64,000 bases of DNA from Bacillota bacterium (lineage in GTDB: Bacteria > Bacillota > Limnochordia > Darwinibacteriales > DTU012): positions 11,050 through 75,049 of the forward strand of contig JAAYNP010000005.1 in the NCBI GenBank assembly GCA_012520795.1, given 5' to 3'. Below the pieces are notes generated by a model. It had not been told where the DNA came from, ran no database searches, and saw only the letters and a list, made by a program, of their open reading frames with translations. Below, one piece after another: positions 1-11,155 of the stretch (its first letter is position 1; each line of letters begins with the position of its first letter). The position numbers and the translations under genes were made by a program.

Positions 1-1215
1 TCAGATCGGATCGATTATTTCGAGTTAACACCTGTACTATCCGTTGAGCGCGGTGATGTCCTTGCCCGAAGGGTGCTGGGTGTCCCAGGAGAAAACGGGG
101 TTAACGTATATGGCAAGGAGATCACAGTCCCTCAGCCCAAAGAAAAGCCGATCATGTTTGGAGATGGAGTCTACTTGAGTGAAGATGAGCTTACTGCATA
201 TGCAGAGCATGACGGCCTGCCGCTACTCCAGAACGGTGTGCTCAAAGTACTTAAAGTGTTTGAGCTTGGGAAAGATGCAGGCCTGGAAACAGGCAACATC
301 CGCTTTAACGGTGAGATCATTATCCGCGGCAATGTCAGCGATCATGTAAAAATTGAGGCTATTTCCGGAGGAGTCCAAGTCTACGGTATTGTCGAGCAGG
401 CCGAGATTATCGCCGATCAGGATGTAGTCATTATCCGCAATGCCATCGCTGCCCGGATAAAAGCCGGGGGGATAGGAGCAATATATACTAAGGTCAGTTC
501 ATACCTGCATGAATTGGAAAGTCTGTTTCTCCATTTAGTCCAGTCTTTTATGGTGGTGCATTCCCGGACAAGCATGGTTGATACAGGCACTCTGGTGAAA
601 AACCTGATTGAGATCAAGTTCAGCAAGATTCCCAAAATGATCGGGGATTTTGACCAGAGTTTCCGGGATACGCTCAGTATTTTTCCTCCCGATTTCCGAA
701 CCCTAATCCTTGAGTTAAAAGTCTATTTCTTGGACCGGGGGCCGCTTAAAATCCAGGATATATCCCTGGTCCGCCAGTTCGTCGACCAGATTCAATATTG
801 GCAGAGGCACTTCCAGTCCAACATTGACGAGGGGGCAGATGTACAGGTAGGTTATGTACAGAGCAGTTCGATTGAGGCCTCCGGCAAGGTTATCATCAAT
901 GGAAAAGGAGTGTATTACTCATCGATCGTGGCAGGCAAAGGTTTTCGTCAGCCAAGGGGCGTGTTTCGCAACAGCGAGGTGGTGGTGGAAGCCGGCGATA
1001 TCGATATTAGAGAAATCGGCAGCCAGAATGGCAGCCCTGCAAGCGCATCCATTACTACGAGAGGGCAAATGATCCTCAGGGCGGTTCATCCAAATGTCAC
1101 CGTAGCATATGGCAGTCAAAAATACAGGTTTCAGCAATCGGCTAGCAATGTTAAGGTATTCTGGACCAGTGAAGAAGGAATGCAGATTTACAGTGGCACG
1201 AGCAAAATACTGTAA
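1..1215 (+). CDS. DUF342/FapA-like protein, 5'-partial (reading frame is open back to base 1)
   Basis: There is no stop codon in this frame from base 1. Degenerate beta-helix-like repeats (TGNIRFNGEIIIRGNVSDHVKIEA...) are typical of DUF342 polymer-forming proteins. Confidence 0.55.
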   Translation, partial: SDRIDYFELTPVLSVERGDVLARRVLGVPGENGVNVYGKEITVPQPKEKPIMFGDGVYLSEDELTAYAEHDGLPLLQNGVLKVLKVFELGKDAGLETGNIRFNGEIIIRGNVSDHVKIEAISGGVQVYGIVEQAEIIADQDVVIIRNAIAARIKAGGIGAIYTKVSSYLHELESLFLHLVQSFMVVHSRTSMVDTGTLVKNLIEIKFSKIPKMIGDFDQSFRDTLSIFPPDFRTLILELKVYFLDRGPLKIQDISLVRQFVDQIQYWQRHFQSNIDEGADVQVGYVQSSSIEASGKVIINGKGVYYSSIVAGKGFRQPRGVFRNSEVVVEAGDIDIREIGSQNGSPASASITTRGQMILRAVHPNVTVAYGSQKYRFQQSASNVKVFWTSEEGMQIYSGTSKIL

Positions 1216-1231
1216 TTGACGGAGGAGTTTG

Positions 1232-1738
1232 ATGAAGGTTAACCGCACAAGCAGGCTTGTATACCTGGGGCTGATGGTGGGGGTCGCCATGGCATTACAT
1301 ATCATTGAGTCGATAATCCCAATTCCCACACCGATACCCGGCGCAAAACTCGGGTTGGCAAATACAGCTGCATTGTTTGTAATCGTACGCTTCAGCCCTA
1401 AAGATGCGGTGATCGTCACGGTATTGCGCACGTTTCTTGGATCGTTGTATGGTGCCGGGTTGTTTACACCAACTTTCTATCTCAGTTTTTTCGGCGGTGT
1501 GATCAGCACAATTGTCATGGGGATTGGTTACTGGCTTTTTAGGAAACATATCAGCGTCATCGGGTTAAGTGTGCTTGGGGCGCTTACCCATAACGTGACT
1601 CAACTAACAGTGGCCAGCCTAATGCTTGAACAGATTGGTTTTTTTGCCCTTTTGCCATATCTTCTATTCTATGCTTTGCCAACAGGTTTCTTTGTGGGAA
1701 TCGTCACCCAACTGCTGACGCAAAAGATCGATTGGTGA
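1232..1738 (+). CDS. Gx transporter family small membrane protein (heptaprenyl-PP synthase component I-like)
   Basis: GGAGG lies 6 nt upstream of the ATG at 1232. The 168 aa product has four TM segments with a Pro-rich IPIPTPIPG motif. Confidence 0.5.
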   Translation: MKVNRTSRLVYLGLMVGVAMALHIIESIIPIPTPIPGAKLGLANTAALFVIVRFSPKDAVIVTVLRTFLGSLYGAGLFTPTFYLSFFGGVISTIVMGIGYWLFRKHISVIGLSVLGALTHNVTQLTVASLMLEQIGFFALLPYLLFYALPTGFFVGIVTQLLTQKIDW

Positions 1739-2119
1739 TTACAGCACATTTTGGAAATTGAACATCTCAGTGCGGTAAACATGGCTGAAATGCATATCTA
1801 AAGCGGCCAATTCCGCAAGCCCCGATGCCATGTCCCTAGAGTCGATAAAGCTTACCAACCGGGCCAGTGCGATTTCTATGTTCTCAATGTCGTTATGGAA
1901 AATATACAGATCCCAATAGTCTTGAACCTGGTTCCATTCTTGCTGGAGTCTCGCTGCGTGCTCTTTTGCCTCAGGCCATCGTGCACTGTTGACCAGGTCC
2001 TTAAGAACGGCCAGTTGGTGCCGGAATTGATTAATGTGTTCAAGGGTTTGATGCGTAACAACGATACTGATCATCAAAAATACCAGGATGAAAACTGTCG
2101 ATACCAACAACAGCCTCAT
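1739..2119 (-). CDS. DUF4363-like small membrane-anchored protein
   Basis: N-terminal TM followed by a helical domain. It abuts the DUF421 gene, a common pairing. Confidence 0.45.
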   Translation of the reverse strand: MRLLLVSTVFILVFLMISIVVTHQTLEHINQFRHQLAVLKDLVNSARWPEAKEHAARLQQEWNQVQDYWDLYIFHNDIENIEIALARLVSFIDSRDMASGLAELAALDMHFSHVYRTEMFNFQNVL

Positions 2120-2120
2120 A

Positions 2121-2798
2121 CTACCGCTCCTTTCGGATTTGGAAAAACAGCTTTCCCTGCGTATCCAAGCTTGCCAGGAACACGTCTTTGATCTCTGTTA
2201 TATTGAATTTCCCCAGCTCATTTTTCAGCCAGTCGGCAGTTAGATTAACCTCTGCGAGGTTGTCGTACTGGATCCTGCCATCGATGATTAATGGAACAGG
2301 CAGACCTTCGTATTCCGTATCAATCTGCAGATCCTCCGGTGTCACGGGCCGTTTCTGTGATTTCGGGATTACGCTCAGATTGCCGCTGGTTTCCAATATG
2401 GCGAATTCAACGTCAGCAATGTTGGCAAATCCTTTGACACGCAGCTGTTCTAACAATTCATTGATGTTGTAACGAGACTTGGTTAGTTCCTGGATGTCAA
2501 TCTTACCATCGCGGATGACAATGCTGGGGTTGCCGTCCATGATAGATCGAAACCACAGACATTTCATATTGATAACTGAGATGCACACCTGAATAAAAAA
2601 CAAAGTGAAAATGGGAGCCAGGCCATTGATGAGGGGTATCGCTTTATCCTCCATAGGAATTGCCGCCAGTTCCGCAATCATAATAGCAACTACCAGTTCA
2701 TAGGGCTCTAGCTGGCCGATCTGCCTTTTGCCCATGATCCTCATTAACAGCACGACGACGATGTAAATGATAAATGTCCGTACAAAGACAACTAACAC
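2121..2798 (-). CDS. DUF421/YetF-family membrane protein
   Basis: Starts with MRIMGKRQIGQL, the YetF signature. GTG start at 2798 is preceded by AAGGGAGG at 7 nt spacing. The longer ORF reaching 2855 lacks an SD. Confidence 0.55.
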   Translation of the reverse strand: MLVVFVRTFIIYIVVVLLMRIMGKRQIGQLEPYELVVAIMIAELAAIPMEDKAIPLINGLAPIFTLFFIQVCISVINMKCLWFRSIMDGNPSIVIRDGKIDIQELTKSRYNINELLEQLRVKGFANIADVEFAILETSGNLSVIPKSQKRPVTPEDLQIDTEYEGLPVPLIIDGRIQYDNLAEVNLTADWLKNELGKFNITEIKDVFLASLDTQGKLFFQIRKER

Positions 2799-2930
2799 AG
2801 AAAAACCTCCCTTGAGTTGCAGCTTACTACTGTCACTATCTTCAATTATGATCAAATAGTGTGTTATTATTCCAGCAGGAAAAAATGGATCGGATTAGAA
2901 TTAATCAGCAAAGAGGGAGGCCATCAGTAT

Positions 2931-4265
2931 ATGAACCATTTAAATACTAATCTACAACGTAAATTTTACCTCAAGACACTTGGCTGCCAAATGAATGAGC
3001 ATGATTCAGAAATAATCGTTGGTATACTCACAAACTTAGGGTATCAGCAAACTGAAGATCACAAGCAAGCAGATTTAATCTTATACAACACCTGTTCGGT
3101 CCGGGAAAACCCGGAACGGAAAGTCTATGGCCAAATCGGCAGCCTCAGGATGCAAAAGGAGCAAAACCCTGATTTGATCATAGGAATCTGCGGCTGCATG
3201 CCGCAGCAAAAAGCAGAACTTGACAAGATATTGGAAACACTGCCCCATGTGGATCTTGTCTTTGGGACGCACAATATCCACCGCCTACCGGAGTTGCTGG
3301 AGCGTGTTCAAACAGAGGAGAGGGTAGTGGAGGTTTGGGATGACACAGAGGAAATCGCCGAGGAACTGCCGATTAGGCGCGCTAACAGATTCAAAGCCTA
3401 TGTGAACGTGATCTACGGCTGCAACAACTTCTGCAGTTACTGCGTGGTTCCTTATACGCGGGGTAGGGAAAAGAGCCGTCGGCCACAAGATATTTTGGCT
3501 GAAATAAAGCAGCTGGCTGACGAAGGCTATAAAGAAGTAACCCTGCTTGGTCAAAATGTCAACACTTACGGGGCAGATCTGAGCCAGAAGACTTCCTTTG
3601 CCGAATTGTTGGCGTTAATTAATGATCATTCCGGAATCGAGAGAATCCGCTTTACGACAAGTCATCCAAAAGACATGCAGGAAGAACTGATTGCAGCCAT
3701 GGCTCATTTACCAAAGGTGTGTGAACATCTGCACCTGCCGGTACAAACCGGAAGTGATCGAATACTCAAGCGGATGAATCGGCACTATACAAGTGCATAT
3801 TATCTCGATCTGGTGGCAAGAATAAGAGAAGCCATTCCTGATATCAGCCTTACTACCGATTTAATCGTCGGTTTTCCGGGAGAGACAGATACGGATTTTG
3901 AAAAGACCCTCGAGCTTATTGCCAAGGTAAGGTTTTCATCGGCATTCACCTTCATCTTTTCTCCGCGGCCCGGTACTCCTGCTGCACAAATGGGCGATCA
4001 AGTCCCCGATGAGGTAAAAAAAGAGCGGATCTACCGTTTAATAGAATTGCAAAACCAGATCAGTTTAGAATATATGCAAGCACAAGTAGGCAAAATCGAA
4101 GAGGTGTTTGTTGACGAAATCACCGGCAAAACAAATAAGCTCTCGGGCAGAACCCGGACAAACAAACAAGTACTGTTTTCAGGTTCTCCTGATCTGATTG
4201 GACGCCTGGTACAGGTTAAGATCACTGAGGCTAAAACCTGGAGTCTAAGGGGGGTACTGGCCTAA
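2931..4265 (+). CDS. miaB: tRNA-i6A37 methylthiotransferase MiaB
   Basis: TLGCQMNEHDSE N-terminal motif, radical-SAM CNNFCSYC motif, and a C-terminal TRAM domain. SD agagggagg upstream. Position upstream of mutS matches Bacillus ymcB. Confidence 0.8.
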   Translation: MNHLNTNLQRKFYLKTLGCQMNEHDSEIIVGILTNLGYQQTEDHKQADLILYNTCSVRENPERKVYGQIGSLRMQKEQNPDLIIGICGCMPQQKAELDKILETLPHVDLVFGTHNIHRLPELLERVQTEERVVEVWDDTEEIAEELPIRRANRFKAYVNVIYGCNNFCSYCVVPYTRGREKSRRPQDILAEIKQLADEGYKEVTLLGQNVNTYGADLSQKTSFAELLALINDHSGIERIRFTTSHPKDMQEELIAAMAHLPKVCEHLHLPVQTGSDRILKRMNRHYTSAYYLDLVARIREAIPDISLTTDLIVGFPGETDTDFEKTLELIAKVRFSSAFTFIFSPRPGTPAAQMGDQVPDEVKKERIYRLIELQNQISLEYMQAQVGKIEEVFVDEITGKTNKLSGRTRTNKQVLFSGSPDLIGRLVQVKITEAKTWSLRGVLA

Positions 4266-4281
4266 TAAGGGAGGAGTCACT

Positions 4282-4635
4282 GTGTGGATTGACAAAAACA
4301 GGACTTTGATTATTGACCGGAACCTTGACACGTGGCAGCTGCCCTTGATTGCTGCCTCAGGGAGCTACATCGGCAATGTTGTGGCAGAGGTGATAGAACC
4401 AAGAGCTTATATGGTCAGGTATTTCCTAGTCTTTGATCCCAACAGTCAACGAAGGTTTCTACTCCCTTGTGAGCTGGTCACCGCCATTGACGAAAAGGTT
4501 TTTTGCGATATCACTCCCACCCAGACAGCACAGCTGCCCGAATACAAGCAAAGGCTGGATCGGACCGATGAAATCCGCATTTACAGAATTGTAAAGCGGA
4601 CGCCATACTGGGAAGACACGATTTATGACCACTAA
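4282..4635 (+). CDS. hypothetical protein (117 aa) between miaB and mutS
   Basis: GGGAGGA SD precedes a GTG start. An intrinsic terminator follows. No recognisable motif. Confidence 0.4.
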   Translation: MWIDKNRTLIIDRNLDTWQLPLIAASGSYIGNVVAEVIEPRAYMVRYFLVFDPNSQRRFLLPCELVTAIDEKVFCDITPTQTAQLPEYKQRLDRTDEIRIYRIVKRTPYWEDTIYDH

Positions 4636-4660
4636 AAGACTACATCAAGTAGTCTTTTTA
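4635..4660 (+). terminator. rho-independent terminator
   Basis: AAAGACTAC-atcaa-GTAGTCTTT followed by a T-run. Confidence 0.55.
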
Positions 4661-4733
4661 GTCTTTTGCCCCTTCTGCAGGAGTTAAGTACGGCGAAATC
4701 GAAGAGATGTAGAGACTAACGGAGGTGTACCAA

Positions 4734-7337
4734 GTGGCTCTCACCCCGATGATGCAGCAGTATTTGCGTATAAAAAACCAATATCCTGACGCTCTTCTGT
4801 TTTTTCGTCTAGGCGATTTCTACGAACTCTTCGGCGATGATGCAAGAGTAGCTTCCAAGGTGCTGGAAATCACCTTGACCACAAGGGATCGGAATGCGGA
4901 GAACCCCATTCCCATGTGTGGAGTACCGTACCATGCAGTAGACGGGTATTTGGAGAAATTGGTCCAACAAGGTTTTAAAGTGGCAATCTGCGAACAGCTT
5001 GAAGACCCAAGGAAAGCCAAAGGTGTGGTTAAGCGGGATGTGATCCGAGTTGTCACTCCTGGTACATTTCTGGAAGCCAATGTGGAGGCGGGCAGCAATA
5101 TTTTCCTGGCTGCCGCTGCCGTGGAAGATTCCCAGTATGGCCTCGCTGTTGTCGATCTCTCCACGGGAGAATTCAAGGTTACTTTAATCGATGATAGAAA
5201 CGGCTTTCAGGATGAATTGGCTCGCATCAAACCTGCAGAGATTCTGATTTCTGAAGCTGCCGATTTGGATCTGGATGATTTTACTCATGAGAGTAATCCG
5301 ACTTTGACAAAGACAGCCAGCCGCAGCTGGTATCCTGATACATGCCGGCATCTGCTGGCAGAGCATTTTCAAGTCCAGAATCTGGCGGTTCTCGGGCTGG
5401 ATCACATATTGTTGATCCAAAGTGCCGGTGCTATTTTGGCCTATCTGCAGGAGACACAAAAGTCAACATTGGCACATGTCAATCAGATTACCAAGTATTC
5501 GCTTTCTGAATACCTGCAGATAGATGCTGCCAGCTTTCGTAATCTAGAACTGGCCAGGACGATCCGTGAGGGGAAAAAGGTCGGTTCCCTGTTAGGTGTG
5601 ATCGATCAAACCATTACCAGCATGGGAAGGCGGATGCTCCGCAGTTGGCTGGAGAAACCCCTGCATAGTGTGGAAAAGATCAAACAGCGGCAGGCTTGTA
5701 TTGGTTATCTCTATCGCAATACTTTGGTTAGGATGGAGCTGACAGAACTCCTGGGAGATATCCAGGACTTGGAGCGATTGACTAGCAGGCTGGTTTACGG
5801 AAGCGGCAATGCCAGGGACCTTGTTGCCTTGAGAGCGTCACTGGCGCAAATACCGAAAATCAAGTCGTTGTTGGCCAAGGAGCAGTCAATACTGTCAGGC
5901 TATGGGAGCGAGTTGGACGAGTTGACGGAACTGATGGGGTTGATCACCCAGGCCATTGTCGATGATCCTCCCATCAGTGTGCGTGATGGCGGATTGATCA
6001 AACCCAGTTTCAATGAAGAGCTTGACCAACTGCGGCAGATTAACAGGGACGGCAAATCCTGGATTGCTTCCCTTGAAGCTGAAGAAAGGAAGCGCACTGG
6101 AATCAAATCTTTAAAGGTTGGCTATAACAAAGTCTTTGGCTACTACATTGAGGTCACCAAGGCCAACCTCGATCTGGTCCCGGATGATTATGAACGGAAA
6201 CAGACGCTTGCCAATGCCGAACGGTATGTCACTCCAGAGCTCAAATCAAAGGAAGCCATGATATTGGGGGCTGAGGAACGGATTACCGAACTGGAATACG
6301 AGCTGTTTACTCAAGTACGGAACCGTGTAACGGAATATGTTGTCCAGATTCAGGAAAACGCCCGCATACTGGCGGTGCTGGACGTGTTCCAGGGCCTTGC
6401 CAAAACGGCGCTTGATCAAAACTATGTGTGTCCGGAAATAACCGATAAATCCGTGATTGAAATCAAGGATGGACGCCATCCGGTAATTGAAGCACTCCAG
6501 TCCAATTTTGTCCCGAATGACCTCAGCTTGACCGAAGACCGGAGAGTTATTCTGCTGACAGGCCCTAACATGGCAGGGAAGAGTACTTACTTGCGGCAAA
6601 CGGCCTTGATTGTTATCCTGGCTCAGATGGGAAGTTTTGTTCCCGCCAGAGAAGCATCTATAGGCGTTGTTGACAAAATTTTTACCAGAATTGGGGCGGC
6701 TGATGACCTCAGCACAGGCCAAAGCACTTTCATGGTGGAATGCAGCGAGACTGCCAACCTTGTACGCCATGCTACGGACCGCTCCCTGATTATTCTCGAT
6801 GAATTGGGGAGGGGAACCAGTACGTTTGACGGCATGGCTATTGCCCAGGCAGTAATCGAGTATATTCATGATCACGTTGGTGCCCGGACATTGTTTTCGA
6901 CCCACTATCATGAACTGACAAAGCTGGAAGAAACCCTTGAAAAGCTGCAAACCTATCAGATGGCTGTTGAGGATTTTGGCGGCACAATCTATTTTTTGCA
7001 TAGAGTAATACCCGGCAATGCTGACAAGAGCTATGGGATTAATGTGGCAAGAATGGCGGGCATGCCGCAGACAATTGTCAAGCGGGCTGAAACGTTGCTC
7101 TATCAGCTGGAAGCAGGCCAGAAAAAACCTTTGCAGTTGAATCTGTTCGATACATTAAGGCATCCGCAGACCGCTGCGGCCCGGGAGCATGAGCTTAAAG
7201 AACAGGCAGTACTTGAGGAAATCAAGCTTTTGCTTTTAGGCACTGATATCAATAACATGACACCCGTTGCCGCCTTGAATTTTGTGGCCCAACTGCAAGA
7301 TTTGTTGGATGAAGGTGAAGACAATGAAACGCATTAA
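4734..7337 (+). CDS. mutS: DNA mismatch repair protein MutS
   Basis: [10 protein letters not shown]-terminus and Walker [10 protein letters not shown]. Full-length architecture. GGAGGTG lies 6 nt before the GTG at 4734 (longest ORF starts at 4725). Confidence 0.9.
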   Translation: MALTPMMQQYLRIKNQYPDALLFFRLGDFYELFGDDARVASKVLEITLTTRDRNAENPIPMCGVPYHAVDGYLEKLVQQGFKVAICEQLEDPRKAKGVVKRDVIRVVTPGTFLEANVEAGSNIFLAAAAVEDSQYGLAVVDLSTGEFKVTLIDDRNGFQDELARIKPAEILISEAADLDLDDFTHESNPTLTKTASRSWYPDTCRHLLAEHFQVQNLAVLGLDHILLIQSAGAILAYLQETQKSTLAHVNQITKYSLSEYLQIDAASFRNLELARTIREGKKVGSLLGVIDQTITSMGRRMLRSWLEKPLHSVEKIKQRQACIGYLYRNTLVRMELTELLGDIQDLERLTSRLVYGSGNARDLVALRASLAQIPKIKSLLAKEQSILSGYGSELDELTELMGLITQAIVDDPPISVRDGGLIKPSFNEELDQLRQINRDGKSWIASLEAEERKRTGIKSLKVGYNKVFGYYIEVTKANLDLVPDDYERKQTLANAERYVTPELKSKEAMILGAEERITELEYELFTQVRNRVTEYVVQIQENARILAVLDVFQGLAKTALDQNYVCPEITDKSVIEIKDGRHPVIEALQSNFVPNDLSLTEDRRVILLTGPNMAGKSTYLRQTALIVILAQMGSFVPAREASIGVVDKIFTRIGAADDLSTGQSTFMVECSETANLVRHATDRSLIILDELGRGTSTFDGMAIAQAVIEYIHDHVGARTLFSTHYHELTKLEETLEKLQTYQMAVEDFGGTIYFLHRVIPGNADKSYGINVARMAGMPQTIVKRAETLLYQLEAGQKKPLQLNLFDTLRHPQTAAAREHELKEQAVLEEIKLLLLGTDINNMTPVAALNFVAQLQDLLDEGEDNETH

Positions 7338-9165
7338 GGTGCTTCCTGAGCACGTATCGCAGAAAATCGCCGCCGGTGAAGTAATTGAACGCCCTGCATC
7401 AGTGGTCAAAGAGTTGGTGGAGAACGCCATTGATGCAATGGCAGCCAGCATTGAAATTGAAATTTGGGACGGCGGAAAGGAGTATATCAGGGTTAGTGAC
7501 AATGGCTTTGGGATTCATCCACATGATCTTAAGCTTGCCTTCTTGCCCCACGCCACCAGTAAGATCAATAGTGCTGACGATCTGTTTGCCATCACTTCCC
7601 TTGGTTTTCGCGGGGAAGCATTGGCCAGTATTGCCAGTGTTTCTTCATTAGTTCTTCGGTCCCGTACTGCAGATACTGCCACGGGGTATCAGTTAAGCTT
7701 CAATGCGAATCAAGAGCCAACGATTGAACCCGTTGGCATGGATATTGGGACCACCGTAGAAGTAAGGCGGCTTTTCTATAATACCCCGGCCAGGTATAAG
7801 TTCTTAAAACGAACATCAGCAGAAAAACGTTATATTGTCGAGTTTGTCAGCGGCATAGCCATTGCCCATCCCCAAATTGCCTTCAGACTGGTTGCCGATG
7901 ATAAACTTGCACTTCGGACCCATGGCCAAGGTGTACTGAAGGATACCCTGGCCAACCTTGTCAACCGGTCCGTTATCAGCAATTTGGTGGAAATTGATTA
8001 CCAGGCCGATTGGGGGGGTATCCGGGGTTATCTTGGCAAACCAAGCCTGGCTCGGAAAAACCGGAAGGGGCAGCTGGTGATTCTAAACGGCAGGATCATT
8101 GAAAGCTCCTTGATTTCCAATGCGGCGGAGAAAGCCTATGCTGGTATGTTGGAGCATCGTCAGTACCCGGTTTTCTATTTGTTTTTAAACATGAATCCCG
8201 GGCTTATAGACGTCAATGTCCACCCGGCCAAAATTCAAGTCCGATTTCAGGACGAACGCCAACTGTACCAGGAAGTAAGCTCTGCCTGCCGACAGGCGTT
8301 AACAACAAGCGATTTGAGCAGGCAGTTGGCTGTTGATTCAGGTTCATTCCACGTCATGGAAGAGCAGAACCGCGTTTCGGCCGAACAGCCCCATTTCGAT
8401 CTGGATCGATACTTCCCTCTACAGCCAGAGGCGTGGAAAAGCGTTGATTTAATGCTTGTAAAAGAGCAACGCACACCAGGCCTTGTGTTGGAGCAGCCCA
8501 AACAAGAGAGCTTATCAACAGCGGCTGCAGTGTACAAAAACCAGCTTGATGCGGTATCTGAGCCAAGCCCAATCAGTGATTCCAACATCTACCGAGTCAA
8601 AGACCAGCTTTTGAATGGCCGGATTATCGGCCAGTTCAGACAGACTTATATTCTCTTGGAAACAGAATCGGGGCTGTGGCTCTTGGATCAGCATATCGTC
8701 CACGAAAGAATCCTCTACGAACGCCTGCTCGCGGAAGAACCACAGTTTAATGTGCAGCAGGTTTTTCCCATTACGTTGAATTTCAGCCACAAGGACGCTC
8801 AAACCATTGTTGAACATTTACCCAAACTCGCACGTTTGGGTTTAGAGTTGGAAGAATTTGGCATCAACAGTTTTGTTCTTCGAGGAATACCCAGTTTCTT
8901 ATCTGCTGAGAGTGGATCTATTGATGAGGCCTTCATTATTGAATTGGTGGATGATCTTCTGGATGAAACAAACTGGCGCGAAAAAGCAGTAATTACCCTT
9001 GCCTGCAAAAGCGCCATCAAGGCAGGGCGGCGCCTGGACAATAAGCAAATCCAATCTTTATTGGAACAGTTGGCTGCTGCTGAAAACCCTTTTACATGCC
9101 CCCATGGGCGGCCAATCATAGTCAGGATCGCTGAACAGGAAATCCAAAGGCGTTTTGGCAGGTGA
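7324..9165 (+). CDS. mutL: DNA mismatch repair protein MutL
   Basis: GHKL ATPase motifs ([24 protein letters not shown]) and a C-terminal dimerisation domain. AAGGTGA SD precedes the ATG. Overlaps the mutS stop. Confidence 0.9.
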   Translation: MKRIKVLPEHVSQKIAAGEVIERPASVVKELVENAIDAMAASIEIEIWDGGKEYIRVSDNGFGIHPHDLKLAFLPHATSKINSADDLFAITSLGFRGEALASIASVSSLVLRSRTADTATGYQLSFNANQEPTIEPVGMDIGTTVEVRRLFYNTPARYKFLKRTSAEKRYIVEFVSGIAIAHPQIAFRLVADDKLALRTHGQGVLKDTLANLVNRSVISNLVEIDYQADWGGIRGYLGKPSLARKNRKGQLVILNGRIIESSLISNAAEKAYAGMLEHRQYPVFYLFLNMNPGLIDVNVHPAKIQVRFQDERQLYQEVSSACRQALTTSDLSRQLAVDSGSFHVMEEQNRVSAEQPHFDLDRYFPLQPEAWKSVDLMLVKEQRTPGLVLEQPKQESLSTAAAVYKNQLDAVSEPSPISDSNIYRVKDQLLNGRIIGQFRQTYILLETESGLWLLDQHIVHERILYERLLAEEPQFNVQQVFPITLNFSHKDAQTIVEHLPKLARLGLELEEFGINSFVLRGIPSFLSAESGSIDEAFIIELVDDLLDETNWREKAVITLACKSAIKAGRRLDNKQIQSLLEQLAAAENPFTCPHGRPIIVRIAEQEIQRRFGR

Positions 9166-9169
9166 TCAA

Positions 9170-10099
9170 ATGGCAAAACCGACGGTCATTGTATTGGTGG
9201 GGCCAACTGCTGTGGGTAAAACGGAAACTGCATTGGCCCTGGCGCAGGACTTGGATTGCGAAATCATATCCGCAGACTCAATGCAGGTTTACCGCGGTAT
9301 GAATATTGGCACTGCCAAAGCCTCACCGGCTGAACAGCAAATCGTAAAGCATTATCTGCTGGACGTTGTTAATCCTGATCAGCGGTTCACCGCTGCCGAC
9401 TGGGTCCGCTTGGCGCAAAAAGCCATTGCGGGAATTGCTGGCTGCGGCAAAATCCCCTTAATCACCGGTGGCACCGGGCTCTACATCAACGCCTTAATTG
9501 ATGGGTTTCTTTTTCCCGACCAGGGTGCCAACTATACTATCAGAAAGAAACTCGAGCAACAAGCAAAAACCGACCCGGTAAAACTGTTCCAGCATCTACA
9601 GGCTGTCGATCCAAAAACCGCAGCCAAACTGCATCCTAATGATCACCGCCGGATGATCAGAGCTTTGGAGGTATTCCACACCCGCGGCAAACCCATCAGT
9701 GAGCTGCAGGCAAAGACTCCGGCGCAGCAGAATTACACCGCAGTCATGATAGGCCTTAACCGAAAACGGCAGAATCTCTATCAAAGAATTGAGCAGCGTG
9801 TCGAGCAGATGATCGCAGCCGGGCTTGTCGATGAAGTAAGGGCTCTTTTGGACCAGTATCCACATCAGCCCACAGCGCTGCAGGCAATCGGATACAAGGA
9901 GATAGCCTTGTACCTGCAAAATAAGCTCACCTTGGATGAAGCCATTGCCGTAATCAAGCGCGAAACCCGGCGCTATGCAAAACGGCAGTTGTCATGGTTA
10001 CGCCGTGATCAAAGGATTAAATGGTATGATCTGGATGAGGCTGCGGTAGATCAGATTATTGCGGATACCCGGAAGAGATTGAACGCCGTGCAAAGGTAG
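9170..10099 (+). CDS. miaA: tRNA dimethylallyltransferase MiaA
   Basis: P-loop GPTAVGKT and overall family match. Start overlaps the mutL end. No hfq follows. Confidence 0.85.
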   Translation: MAKPTVIVLVGPTAVGKTETALALAQDLDCEIISADSMQVYRGMNIGTAKASPAEQQIVKHYLLDVVNPDQRFTAADWVRLAQKAIAGIAGCGKIPLITGGTGLYINALIDGFLFPDQGANYTIRKKLEQQAKTDPVKLFQHLQAVDPKTAAKLHPNDHRRMIRALEVFHTRGKPISELQAKTPAQQNYTAVMIGLNRKRQNLYQRIEQRVEQMIAAGLVDEVRALLDQYPHQPTALQAIGYKEIALYLQNKLTLDEAIAVIKRETRRYAKRQLSWLRRDQRIKWYDLDEAAVDQIIADTRKRLNAVQR

Positions 10100-10113
10100 G
10101 ATCCCTAGAATAG

Positions 10114-10139
10114 AAAGCCACACTGTGGCTTTTTTTGTT
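10114..10139 (+). terminator. rho-independent terminator after miaA
   Basis: AAAGCC-acactgt-GGCTTT followed by TTTTTTGTTT. Confidence 0.7.
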
Positions 10140-10216
10140 TGCAAAGAACAAACGCAAGCCTGCTGCGTATATATAATAGGTGAAGAAACTTTTGCCATCT
10201 TCGCGGAGGGAAAGAC

Positions 10217-11155
10217 ATGGGTAGGGAGATCATTACGATGGTTGAGAATGGGGAAGTAACAGTAAGTGAAGCCTTATCACTGCTGAAGCGCGCACATGCC
10301 GGCCCTGGCCAGTACAAACATGAACTGACCAAGAATGAGAAGCTTGCCGCCATCAAACAGCAGTTGGACAGCTTGATTGGCCTGCATACGGTCAAAAAAC
10401 TTGTCAACGAAATCCAAGCCTATGTAGAAATCCAACAGCGCCGAACCGCTTTCAATCTGGTATCCGAACCTGTGGTACTGCACAGCGTATTTATCGGAAA
10501 TCCCGGTACAGGCAAAACAACAGTGGCCCGCATCATTGGTCAGATGTTTCTGGAAATGGGTGTACTGCAAAAAGGCCATTTGGTTGAAGTGGAGCGGGCC
10601 GATTTGGTTGCGGAGTATATTGGGCAGACTGCACAGCGAACCAGGGAGCAGCTGCGCAAAGCAAGCGGTGGAATCCTCTTTATTGATGAAGCGTATTCAT
10701 TGGCCAGGGGTGGGGAGAACGACTTTGGCAAAGAGGTGATTGATACGATTGTCAAAACTATGGAAGACCAGCGCAGCAACCTTATAGTGATCTTGGCCGG
10801 TTATTGCGCGCCAATGGAGGTGTTTTTGGAAACAAATCCCGGTCTTCGCTCCCGATTTCCGATCATCGTTAGATTCCCCGACTACACCACCTTTGAACTG
10901 TTCCGCATCGCTGAACAGATGCTTCAGCAAAGAGAGTATCAGTTGTCCAAGGCTGCCAGGCGCAGGCTTTTGTCAATAATCGAGAACCTAAAGCGCGAAG
11001 AGCCCAGGAATTTCGGCAATGCCCGTACAATCCGCAACATTATTGAAAAGGCGGTTCGAAAACAAGCGGTGCGCTTGGTTCACCTCAAAAGCCCTACGCG
11101 GGCGCAGCTGATGGAAATAGCAGCCGAGGACCTACAGGAGGTGGATGATGATTGA
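10217..11155 (+). CDS. spoVK: SpoVK-like AAA+ ATPase (CbbX/SpoVK family)
   Basis: Walker A GNPGTGKTT, Walker B ILFIDEAY, and SpoVK-family layout. SD gcggaggg upstream. Confidence 0.75.
   Translation: MGREIITMVENGEVTVSEALSLLKRAHAGPGQYKHELTKNEKLAAIKQQLDSLIGLHTVKKLVNEIQAYVEIQQRRTAFNLVSEPVVLHSVFIGNPGTGKTTVARIIGQMFLEMGVLQKGHLVEVERADLVAEYIGQTAQRTREQLRKASGGILFIDEAYSLARGGENDFGKEVIDTIVKTMEDQRSNLIVILAGYCAPMEVFLETNPGLRSRFPIIVRFPDYTTFELFRIAEQMLQQREYQLSKAARRRLLSIIENLKREEPRNFGNARTIRNIIEKAVRKQAVRLVHLKSPTRAQLMEIAAEDLQEVDDD

Noticed and set aside
6246-7001. 251-aa antisense ORF inside mutS (and similar long antisense ORFs inside the hydrolase at 18897..19427, inside yhaN at 23982..24977, and inside EF-G at 42311..43669)
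   Set aside because: All lie fully inside strongly supported genes on the opposite strand and lack SD sequences. These are typical shadow ORFs.
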